From Octopus sinensis (taxonomy: Eukaryota): 64,000 nt of DNA. Position 1 is the first letter of the stretch; each line of letters starts with the position of its first letter. The stretch is taken from the NCBI RefSeq assembly GCF_006345805.1, contig NC_043002.1:102114001-102178000 (forward strand), read 5' to 3'. A program made the translations under genes and the position numbers. The notes beneath the pieces were generated by a model, which saw nothing but the letters and a program-made list of their open reading frames with translations, ran no database searches and was not told where the DNA came from. This document shows, in pieces, positions 42,032 to 54,210 of this stretch.

Positions 42032-42322
42032 GGAGGAAAAAGAAAAGATACAATACTCGCAAATTAAGATTAGGTAGGTGGCTAAAATCACCAAACTTTC
42101 AAAGATTTATTAAAGGCACAGAGAGGAATATTTAATTATATGTAATGAATATCTTTTTAATGTTATGTGTAATTATACAGGGAGGAAAAAGAAAGATACA
42201 ATACTCGAACAAAAATTAAGGGTAGTGGCTAAAATCACCAAACTTTCAAAGATTTATTAAAGCACAGAGAGGAATATTTAATTATATGTAATGAATATCT
42301 TTTTAATGTTATGTGTAATTAT
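42027..42322. repeat. Tandem duplication of ~149 bp
   Basis: acagggaggaaaaagaaagatacaatactc...ttatgtgtaattat occurs twice, starting at 42028 and 42177. Confidence 0.85.
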
Positions 42323-42420
42323 GTATGTGTGGTGTGTGTGTGTGTATGTGCACAAATATGAACATGTACCTATATAGACATCTTTGAGTGTGTGTATGCA
42401 AGTTTTGTGCGTATATACTC

Positions 42421-42821
42421 TTTACTCTCTCTTTTTACTATTTTACTTGTTTCAGTCATTTGACTGCGGCCATGCTGGAGCACCGCCTTTAGTCGAGCAA
42501 ATCGACCCCAGGACTTATTCTTTGCAAGCCCAGTACTTATTGTATCGGTTTCTTTTGCCGAACCGCTAAGTGACGGCGACGTAAACGCACTAGCATCGGT
42601 TATGCAATGCTAAGGGGACAAACACAGACACACAAACATACACGTACATACATATATATATACATATATACGACAGGCTTCTTTCAGTTTCCGTTTACCA
42701 AATCCACTCACAAGGCTTTGGTCGGCCCGAGGCTATAGTAGAAGACATTTGCCCAAGATGCCACGCAGTGGGACTGAACCCGGAACCATGTGGTTAGGAA
42801 ACAAGCTACTTAGCACACAGC
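42421..42821 (-). mobile_element. tRNA-derived SINE family 3 with internal microsatellite
   Basis: Reverse head gctgtgtgctaagtagcttg..ggttccgggttcagtccc; tail ggtgctccagcatggccgcagtcaaatgactgaaacaagtaaaa; related pieces at ~2728-2830, ~3490-3540 and ~4780-4835. Confidence 0.8.
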
Positions 42822-43839
42822 GGCACTGAATTTCTCAAAAGATGGTTCAAATTTAGATTTCTTGGCCCCTTTATAAAGAATTTTCTGAGGTTTGCCAAGG
42901 AAGGGAGAAGAAGATTGAATACATTGTGTTGGTATTCTGATGAAATTTTAGGTGACACATTTCATGTTGTTGTCCAAAGTAATCAAGCACCATATTTTGG
43001 ATATCAATTAGGTGAAATCCACATATTGCTAATACTACGAATAAAATTCACATTTCACTTCCTTAACCTGAACAGCCTATAAAATATTCCTTCATTTAAT
43101 TGGTAACTTCAAATGAATATAGGCTTTTGAGTTGGTTAATTACAATACAGAGATTTAATTTCACTAGTTTTGGATAAGTCTCTATAGCTATCGGCAAATA
43201 AATCCGAAATGATGAGGAAATTTGTTATGGCAAATGGCGAATTGAAATGAATTTAGTATATTCGCGAAAAGAGAAAACTTTCTCTTTTTCGTAATATTTA
43301 CTTATTAATTTCTCAGATTATTTTATTTTTCCGCATCCATTCCTCAGTTATGTATAACGTAAAAGCTATTATTGAAATTACAGTTCACTAGCTATGGCGG
43401 TAGTTTTCTTCATATCTGGTTTTGGGTTGGTGGGGCGTCGCTGGAAAAAAAAAAAAAAATCGTCCAATGGGAATTTAGTAAATTCTATCGAGTGAAATAC
43501 ACGTTAGCATATACAAATATATTTGAGTGTGCTTGCACGTTTCTAGAACAACTTTGCTCTCAGCAACCGTCGATTGCATTTCAGTTATAACCAGTGAACT
43601 ATGTTACAAGGCAGAAACTGAACTAATTCTTTCTTAGTGCGAATTATGGGCCAATGTTGTAGTGGAAGGGGTTAATTGCTAACCAAGTACGTGTGAATTT
43701 TCACGTGTATTGTATATATATATATATATCTATATAATGTTTAAAGAGGTACATTCCAACTAGTTCCGTGACTTGTGGACTCTACTTAAAAGAAGCCCTT
43801 AGAATGTGAACCCATAACTCACTACAATTTCTTAACAAA

Positions 43840-45620
43840 CACAGCGAAGCCTTCACAATGTGTTAGCACAAAGTCTTCGTCCTTTTAAATTCTTCCATAA
43901 ATCTAAAAATGAATTCACCCCGCCCCACGCATTGCAATCACATACATACCTCCATGATCGTTTACACATACCCCTGCATATCACTTTTAGCAACCTTAAA
44001 TTAGCGTTTTATAAGATAAATGTTATTTCTTTAATATATTTTAAAACCTTAACCTAAAAAATCCTCTAATATGTAATTCTTACTCTTATTCCTAAATGAT
44101 TTAACATTTAACTGGTTTCTCCACAAACGACTACCTACACACCCGTACCTCCATACTTATAAATATTTCTACAGCCACTGACCTTAGCCATAAAAACTAG
44201 ATTTTCTCCCCACTCGATATGTATTTGCCTATATATATACAGGCAGAGTTGTTGTTGAAAAAGCACCTAAATTTGAAAAAATTATAATTGTTAAAAATTT
44301 ATATATATATATATATATTGTGAATAGCAGAATGCACACAATCTAATATTGGTATTATTATTAATAATAATAATATTAATAGTTTTGGTAATTTAATGAA
44401 CTTTGTACTTGGTATATGTACCCATTGATGTGGATGTATATGTATACTCCAGTATATATATTTGATTATATGTAACCTTATGTGTATGCATATTATTATA
44501 TATGTACTTATATATGTGTATATATATATTCTTGTGTATGTGTATTTTGTTTCATATTTATAGTTGCATTTTCATATTTTTATAATTGTACTTTATAATC
44601 TCTGACGAGGCCTTGATATATATAAGTAACTCATTCTTAACTGCATATTACCTCAATACATCTGACTAATATAGGCAGAATGAGATTCATTTATCTACAC
44701 GCTGAAACAGCTGTAAGATCCATTTTATATGTATTATTTTTATGGTATTATCTTACTTATTGATGTATATTGATTTATTTTGTTGGATTTGGATGTTCCT
44801 ATTTATGTAGTTAATAAATAATATGGATTGGTAATATCTGTAAGTTGATGATTGAAATGAATATGTTCCTCCATTTTCTTATTTGTATATATATATAACT
44901 AGTTTCAAAAGTATCTTTTCTTTATCAATGTTAAAACTTTAAAATTATGAAGTAGAAAAACGTCATTAAAAGTTTCAATGTAATTGAATAAAAATGTTCA
45001 TAAATTTTCACCAGCGCCAAATTACCCACCAAAGCGACAACTCTACTAGCAAAAAAATGCAACCGCTCTAACTGCGGAACTTGCCTCCTCCTCTTAAAGG
45101 GCTCAATATACAAATTAATCTGTGTTCCCAAATGTGGAGGGTGTGGTGGAAACTACTCAGATCAAACTAGTTTAACATTGAGGGACAGACTAACTGTGCA
45201 CAGGCAATAATGCCGGGGCCACACAACTCCGTTTAAATAAGGAATTCCTCCTCATTAAAAGCTATAAACCACAGCTAAATATACTTTAGAAAGAAGAAAA
45301 ACACTAAAGAGAAAAAGGAAAAAAATATTTAATTTCTCCATAAAAAGACAACCAGAAACAACAATTTGAAACTTTAGTAACAGGCTTCCACCCTGGTTTT
45401 GAAACCGCAATTCCAAATCACCATACAATAACACCATATTACCGATGTTACCTATCTCAAGATCAATGAAATTTTACTAACACCAGTTGCTGACTTCACC
45501 TAACTCTGGACCAATCAAAAACGAACTTCAGCAAATACAAAAAAAAAAAAAGAAAAGACACTTTAAGAGAATAAAGCAGCTGGAACGACTGATGACCGTT
45601 CCCCACAGAGAAGCCAACCA
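43840..45620 (+). mobile_element. Penelope-like element remnants (GIY-YIG fragments and terminal repeat region)
   Basis: KCNRSNCGTCL..IYKLIC..QTSLTLRDRLTVHRQ at ~45050-45215; SLHNVLAQS at ~43850; hammerhead core between them. Confidence 0.6.
44598..44719 (+). ncRNA. Type I hammerhead ribozyme motif with expanded stem II loop
   Basis: Stem I atct(44598)/agat(44716); core CTGACGA 44602-44608; stem II ggc/gct; GAAA 44704-44707; palindromic stem III acagctgt; GUA cleavage triplet ending 44715. Confidence 0.65.
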
Positions 45621-46163
45621 GGCATAACGACAATATTGACCACCAGAAAAATAAAACGTCACCAGTACTTTAACGAATCAAAAATCAGATCCGCTCGCAG
45701 AAAAAAAAAATACACCAGAGTCCAAAACACATCCGTTACAAGCAAATGTTGCTACACACGACGGAAAGATGAACAGACAAATTGTAAACCAAATAGCTAT
45801 TTTTGCTATCTTCATTTCTCCCCACTTAACATAGTCTGACTGAAACTTCGCTGATATTCATTTCTTGTCGATTGCTACTAACGTGATATTGTAGATTCAA
45901 ACAAACTGATGCACAGTTTGACTGTTATGAACATTTAAACTTGTCAACATCGAAATTTTTGAAAGTGTTTTTCTAATTCATAATTCTAAATTGTTACGAT
46001 TGTTAAAACTTGTTACCATTGTTAAAACTAGGTTGGTATATGTGTAAATAAATGAACTTTAAACAATTAAAATGTTTGAAATTTAGGTGCATTTTCAGCG
46101 ACAAATTTGCCTATATTTTTTCTTGTGTGGATAGGGTCCAGTATTTCCAGTATGTGTGTGTGT

Positions 46164-46200
<37 letters not shown>

Positions 46201-46442
46201 GTGTGCTTATGTTGGGATATATGTTCTATTAAACATGTTAATGGACATTACTGACACTTCGTCAGACTAACCCGTTTCTCGTTTTCTCCTTTCCATTCCC
46301 ACTGAGATCAAATGTGAATTTCATCCGTTCAAAGATCAATAAAGAATAAAAAGGTGAACATGGGACACCAGAATGAATTGATCTGTAAAAATGACGTTTT
46401 AGATTTGCAGTATTTTCCCGTTCAAATCCTGTTATTTTCTAC

Positions 46443-46543
46443 CTGAATGCTGGATTTGTATTGTCCACCACCGAATGCAGTCTCATCATCTGACCAGTAA
46501 TATCGCTTTAGCGTAGACCCCTTGGTTGCAAGCATTCGAATAC
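46443..46543 (-). CDS. Candidate internal exon of an unidentified host gene
   Basis: Acceptor taattaaacag|, donor cag|gtagaa; 101 nt open in only one frame: (G)IRMLATKGSTLKRYYWSDDETAFGGGQYKSSIQ. Confidence 0.35.
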
Positions 46544-48284
46544 CTGTTTAATTACATGATACTTTCAGATTAACACCTACACCCACACAATACATGTTTC
46601 TATTTCCAGCTGGAGGTTTTGGCAATGCTGGGTTGGCGCACATATATGTGTGTTTGTGAGTGCATAAATACTTACATAGCCCCGTCGTCATGAGACTTCT
46701 AAGGGCAGATGGCCTTTCAAATGCCTATTTCAAGGTTTTCATCTACAATTATGCCGATTACTCCATCTTAAAGAACACATGGTTTATTTCTTCACTTATG
46801 AGAGAAACACCTTTTACTTGCCAGCGTCCTGTTCTGACCGGATTGCGAAATAAACCTTGCATTACATGATAATCCGCTTCTACAATTACACCTGAGACTG
46901 ATAACAACAACATCAACGTAATCAGTAATACGACACGCACGCACATACATATACACACACGTGCACACACATCGCTTAAATGTATGTATGATTTTATAAT
47001 TATACACGAAAGTATAGGCGCGCGAGTGTATGTGTATTGTATTTCGTCCGTCTCTCTAATTCGAATAACTGGTCTGTGATACCTGTGCGTGCACTAATGA
47101 GGAAGCTTCTAAATCATTGTTAATTCTTCTATGTTTAACAGTAAGATTTTCCTCATGCTACACCTTACTTTAAAAAAGTCACAAGAACACATTTGATAAA
47201 TGTCGTACGAACAACAATCTGTTAAATAAGAATACTCGTGCGTCAGTTGCATCTGATCATAAATTTTCTCGTTCAAGCGTTACTGGCCATCTGCCTATGA
47301 TGCGATCAATTCTAAAAACAATAACAATACAAACAAAAATACAACAAAAAGAAAAGGAAGCAAGCAGTTTTCATAGTCTGTGTAACTCCTTCTTATTTTT
47401 GTTTCAATGAGGCTAACAAAAGATTTAAAATTGTTATATACATAGCCAAGTTGATAATGAAACAGAAAAAAAAAGAAGAGGAAGAATATCAAACAAGTAG
47501 ATATGAGTAATGCATACGGATGTTAGACGTTATTCTATCTCATTATGCCGTCTCTCTTCTCTTCTCCATATGATCAGAACTGATAAACAAACATATTGAA
47601 ATCTTTGCTGACAGAGCGGAAACCGATCTCTGCTACGCACAGTCTATTGATCGATTGCTTTATACAAACTATCATTTTTAAGTATCTATTTCCACGTAGA
47701 TTTGTCATTGGTCAGGAAGCTAATTTATCTATGTAATTAATCACTAAATTCGCAGAACAACTAAAAGAAAACTAAATAGATAAACCTTCATTGTAGAGAG
47801 AAAATGTGTCATACAAGAGAATGGCTATTTAGTAGGACGATAATACAATTTCCCGGTTGTTTTATATATTTATATAAAATGTAGATCCACACAATTCAAT
47901 ACATATGTGTGTGTATAAATATATATCCAGACAATGTAGGGCTGCATCACAGTGGGAATAGAATATCGCAAAACAGAAGTAACGAAAGAACAATCGCAAA
48001 ATATAGAAATAAATATGCAACTGCACCACGGGGAAGAGCCGGGAAAGAGCGCATAGGGTGAGGAATGTTACTCCCATTACATGAAATAGAAATTAAAGAA
48101 AGATTATGTAAGAGAAAAATAGTGATGTTTATAGTAATAAGCGTATAGACACATCAATCCTCGCCATTTATTCATATATATATACGTATATACGAGCCCA
48201 AGTGTGTTTTGTATGAAGGAAAATGGAGCTTCTTATCTATAAATGCTATTATACCTTATATATTATGTGTGTATGCATATATTA

Positions 48285-48707
<423 letters not shown>

Positions 48708-48737
48708 ATATCAATCTATCTATCTATCTATCTATCT

Positions 48738-50368
48738 TACGCAGGCAATTTTCACCCCTTGCTAGTTGCATAATCAGCAACCACAAACCTACAACCCACA
48801 CCCCTGCCATCAACACCAACACCACCGGCAGTAACAACAATAACAAAACAACAACAAACTTCGCCGAGGCGATAAAAGAAAAGGTAACAAAAGTTTCGTT
48901 TACTACACAACAGATTAAAGATTGCAGAAACCTTATTACAAATCAAAACGGAAAAATACTCTTACACATACCTCAGCACATACTGAATGAGGAGAAAAAA
49001 AGACAATTGTATATAAAATCACAAATAAAAAAACAAAAAGTCCAGAAAAGGCAAGCACAGACAAAGTCGAAAAGTGCTTACGCCCCATCTGGGGATACAA
49101 GGATTGTGTGACTTGGGCGAACAAGTTCGCACACGTACAGGTGGTTTTCAGAATGAAGAGTTGGCGAAGAAATTCTCAACGATAACCCTTCATTCTGATG
49201 AACTAACGTTGACACCGAGTTACCGCGGCCAGAAGGTGACGAAAGTCATTATCAGTGGTGTCCCCCAAGTGACTACAACACTGTGGATTACATCCGCATT
49301 AACATCCGAAATGGAGGACTTAAACATCCTAGATATCGGTGTTTCGGAAAACAAGGACTGGCTGGGAAAGAGAATAGAGTTCCTCTTCCACATAAATCAA
49401 GAGGACATAAATAAAATCCCCACCCACGTACATCTTGAGGATGGCCGCAAGTTATACGTAGTAGTCGAGGGCAGAAGGCCACGATGCTATACATGTGGCA
49501 GTGAGGCACACCTCAAAAAGGAGTGCAAATCTGCCGCAAAATTACAACAACAACAACAGCCACAGGAAAAATCACAAAAGCCAGGATTATTGCCCACACC
49601 ACAATATGGACAGCTAGTCAAGAAGCTGTATGCGGAAATGCAGGAAAAAACAACAAAGAACAAGCCAACCCAACCAAACAACACCAACACCAGCGCCAAG
49701 AACAGAATCATCACCACCAACAACAAATAAACCAATTCCAACACCAAGAACGACAGCAAAACCCAAAGGAACAGAAAAACAAAGAAAACACACACAAACA
49801 CTCAACAACCAACAACAACGAAAACAACAACACAACCACTTACACAGACATACATAGAAGCCCACAACATACCCCTACCCCCTTCTGATTCCTCAGAAAT
49901 TTCGTCGGAAGACGAAACCAGTGAGGAATGGCAAAAAGCTACAAAAAGAAGGAAAATAAAGAGCAGAAACACAACCAAACCAAATGCAAACACGAACAAA
50001 GCAGGGGGAAATACATCTCCCGAAGACATTTCAAAACCCAACGCAAACAACAGCCACACCAACACCACAAAAACATATACAGCAAACATGCTCACAGCCA
50101 TAGACACCAAAAACACAAATTTGATGGAATACATCCAATCAAAAACAAAATAACAGAAGAGGACATAAAAACAAACAATCACCCATACACAACACCACCA
50201 GACCACATCAAAATATTACACATCTCCAAAGTCTGCACCACACACTCAAAGGCATTTTCCCCAGTGCGGTTGGTAAATGCCAAAAAATATCTCACAAAGA
50301 AGAAACTGTACTGGGATCTTCTCGAGGACAAACCAACGGAGGAGAAAGCAAAAACTTTCGAGCAGTAA
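48738..50368 (+). pseudogene. ORF1 (gag-like nucleic-acid-binding protein) of copy A1, split by frameshifts
   Basis: Overlapping ORF pieces 48677-49111, 49074-49730, 49523-49888 and 49928-50368; CX2CX4HX4C knuckle CYTCGSEAHLKKEC at 49485-49526; low-complexity Q/T/N/K C-terminal region; stop at 50368, 31 nt before the ORF2 ATG. Confidence 0.8.
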
Positions 50369-50399
50369 GTAACCCTCTGTATTCTAATTCATTAGAACT

Positions 50400-53300
50400 A
50401 TGATCAAGATTGGTTGTGTAAATGCGCGTGGCTTGGGGTCCCCTTGGAAACAAGGGTACCTCTTAAATGACATAAAGTCACATAAGTTAGAAATCATAGC
50501 CATAAGCGAGACCAGACTCCACAATCCGCGGGCCCTAAAGACCATGTTTGGCGGACAGTTCAACATTTATTTTTCCCCTGTCTGCCGAGAATGGGCGGTA
50601 GTGGCACCGCGGTACTTTTTCACAAGAGTCTGGATCTCAATGTAAGGACAATATTCGTAGACCCGGAGGGTAGACTGGTCGTCCTGGATGTCGACGGCAG
50701 CAATGGGTGCGCTTTTCGGCTCGTATCAGTTTACGCACCGCCCTTAACAGGTCGGGCGGATTTCTTTCAACGTCTAGAAGTTTTCTTGGGAACGTCTCGT
50801 CCTTTACTCTTAGTGGGGGATTGGAATGCTACCTTGGACACGCATGTAGACTACGTGGGTAGAGATAGGAATAGACGGGATGCAAATGCCTCAGAGACCT
50901 GCTCAGACGCTTTCAAACTGTCTGACAGGTTTCGACTAGACCACCCGAATGCGCCAACGTGGACATGGAGCAACCGCATCGGGTCGTCGAGATCGTATCT
51001 AGATAGGATACTGTGTAGGACAGTAGATAGAGATAGCATAGGATGTCACAATTCCACATAGTCAGCTACACGGATCACAAACTTGTGACATGTACGCTAG
51101 ACTTAGGTAAGACACTTAGGCAGGGTCCCGGATACTGGAAACTAAACGCGTCTTTCCCATCGAGACAAGTTTTCAGAGACCGGATTAGCACACTAGTAAA
51201 GAGGGCTTTGACGGGAGCCATCATCAACAACAAATGGTGGTTTGCCCTCAAGAAGCAGTAAAAGGCAGAAGCGATTAGGTACAGCAAAGCACTAGCCATA
51301 GATAGAAATAGAGTAGAGGGTGAGCTAGTTAAAAGAAGCTAGAAGAGGCAATAGAAGCGGCATCGCATCCGACGTTTTGGGCGGCGAGGTTGGCCCTCGA
51401 CCAACACTTCAACGCCAAACACGAAGGATGTGCTGTCAGAGCTAGGATGCGTGCTCTAAGGAACGAAGAAGGTGTGGAGCCGCGAGAGAGGCCCGGGTGG
51501 CAGAGGCGCAACAGGGCAACAAAGCCACCATTCGGTCACTGGTAGATGAACAGGGGCGCGAATTGCTCGAGCCAAGTAAAATGTGTGTGAGGCCTTTCAG
51601 CAGCATTTTGCCCGACTGTTCGGAACGAGTGGAGGGCAAGAACGTAGGGTGGACTTCAGTGCCTACCTACATAGCCTACCACGACTCTCGACAAGAAAGG
51701 CAGGGTGCTGCGAAGGTGCCATCGGCGGCGGCGGAAGTGCGAGGAAGCGATGGCAGAATGCTCGAGGGACAAATCACCGGGTTTGATGGTACCCTACGAG
51801 CTTTACAATTGTATGCCAGACTTGTTTTGGAGATCTCTGGCGGCGGTGTACTGCAACTGGCAGCAAAAACGGGAGACTTGAAAATTTTGGCCACGGTGCT
51901 AGCCAAGAGGTTGCGCTTGTCATCGAGAACTGGTCGACAAGGCGCAAACATGCGCCGTGCCAGGCCGGACCATCCATGACAACCTCCATCTGATGCGCTA
52001 CATCATAGACAGGTAGTTAACGAACCTGGCATGGGTGGGGGCCCTGATCAACTTGGAGATCAATCAAAAGCCTTTGATAGGGTAGACCATCGATACTTGG
52101 AGGCAGTCCTGAGAGCGGCTGGTTTCGGTCCGTCTTCCGCGGCTGGATAAGCTGCCTTGTACAGAGGCATCCGTTCGGTAATTCGCGTAAATGGACATCT
52201 ATCGAGACCTTTCGACATTGCACGTTCGGTCGTGGAGGATGCCCCCTCTCGGCGCTTCTATACGTATTGACTCTTGAGCCACTACTGCGGAAGCTGGCGA
52301 CTCTAAGGGGCATCCCGCGAGAATTGGGATGCGGGACGAGCGTGTCTGCATACGCGGACGACGTCACCGTCATAGTGTCTAGCCACGAGCACATCGAGCT
52401 TGGTGGCGAGACACTGAAAAACTACGAAGCGGTGACAGGAGCGAAAATCCAACCGGGAAAAGTCAGTGGGCTTGCGACTAGGCACCTGGAGAAGCAAGCC
52501 CATGCCGCCACCAGCGCTCCGTCGTGGGACGCTGGACCGACGGCCCGGTTGAGTTGCTCGGGGTCTGGTTTGGTCCGGACCTCCAAGTGGAGAAGAAACT
52601 GGAACGAGATAACGAGTAGGGTGGTCACTCTCGCCGGAATGGGCCGAGAGGAAAACTGTCCTAAAAGGTCGAGCGGAGGTGGCGAACACGTACATCGCGT
52701 CCGTCATCTACTACCGCCTGACCGTCGTACTTGTCCCGACCCTACCATCACCAAACTACAAACGCATCCTCTTTCGCTTCTTGTGGAAAGGATGCGTCCG
52801 ATGGTCCAGGCGATCCATTTGCTGTCAACAACCCGTTAAAAGGAGGGCGGGGCATGCCGTGGTTTGATGATGCGCAGACACAACGGCTGAGACTGCGACA
52901 TCTCTGGCTCTATGTAGACGACGGTGAACAGGTGTGGTCGCCGTTTGTGAGGGCACGCTTTCCCGCGCTCGTCTCCATGACCGAACTGCAGTCGTGGATC
53001 AAAAAAGAGGCGAGGAAGGGCGAATGGCACCCGCGAATGTCGCGTTGCTCTCAAGCAACTCTGCCGTCCTGGGTCGACCTTAAGTGACTTCAACACAACC
53101 AAAGCATTTATAGGGGTTAGTGGAGGGAGGTACGACGACGAGCTCGGGGCGAACCTGGACGTCGACGAGGAGTACCTGACCCGCCTGTTCGGGACGACTT
53201 TCGGGCCAGGGCCCATGGGACAACTTCCAGAGATCCCTGGCCTGGCAGTGCTACCGAGAAGCGCGCTACCGTTCGGGATAAGCTCTACAGACACGGCTCG

Positions 53301-53738
53301 AGAAACACGGCCGGCCGACTGCCCGAGATGCGGTCAGAGCGACGAAACCGTTCTGCACGCACTCGTTCAGTGTCCAACAATTTCCGACCTGTGGGCTTAT
53401 GTCGAACAACTGCTGTCACGTGTGGACGAGTCGTTTATCAGCTGAGTCTATCGTCAATATTGTCACGCCTCCTTCCTTCAAACGGGAAGGAAGAGCTCTA
53501 TTTTCATCATCCTGGTGGCTATGGCGAAAGAATGTATCTGGTGGACGCGTCTGAAAGGATTGGAGACAGACACTTTCTCTCTGGTCAATCTCTCATCAAC
53601 TTCTTCAAGTACCCACTTGAAAAGGAAAGTGAGAGTAGAGAGGCAAGTTTTGTCTAGCGAATGTTTTAAAAAAAGATGGGTGAATGTAGCAAGAATGGCA
53701 CGTATGAATGACGAAGCACTCTGAGCATAGTCCTATGA
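50400..53738 (+). pseudogene. ORF2 (APE endonuclease, reverse transcriptase, C-terminal CCHC) of copy A1; frameshifted, with an internal deletion
   Basis: Starts MIKIGCVNARGL..ISETR; GDWN, YLDRI, AYADDV and CPRCGQSDETVLHALVQC pieces lie in shifting frames; ~104 nt missing at ~51875 relative to A3. Confidence 0.88.
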
Positions 53739-54210
53739 ACCCAGAAATCGAAAACAGAGAGTTGCTTATTTTGCAAAAAAAAAAAAAAAAAAAAAAAAGA
53801 AATATAAAATGTGGACTTCATTGACCGAGGTTACCGTGTCTTTTCCGCAGGCTTTCTTTCACGGGTAACTCACCTGTCCTCCCCTTTACACTTCATATTG
53901 ACATTTCTGTGATAACGATCCCTATTGATCATTTTTTTCCTCTCCCCCCCCACTTTTTTTTTTTTTTTTTTTTTTAACCCCCCTATTTTTGTCCTCTTCT
54001 CTCCTTTTACGATCCCTTTTGATCGCACCTCCCCCTCCCCTTTTTTTTTATTTTTTTTTTTTATTTATTTTTAATACCCTTCAAAAGAAAAGCTCTACCT
54101 TGTCTTTGTTCTATCTGTGTGCAGCCCTGTGTGGCTAATAAAGAAACATATCTATCTATCTATCTATCTATCTATCTCTCTCTCCTCTATCTATCTATCT
54201 ATCTATCTAT

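Larger units (their letters stand above)
48737..54147 (+). mobile_element. Tx1-like subfamily A, longest copy (A1, ~5.4 kb) with ORF1, ORF2 and 3'UTR
   Basis: Gag-like ORF1 with CCHC knuckle, then APE-RT-zinc finger ORF2, then the same 3'UTR as the other A copies; (TATC)n on both sides. Confidence 0.92.
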
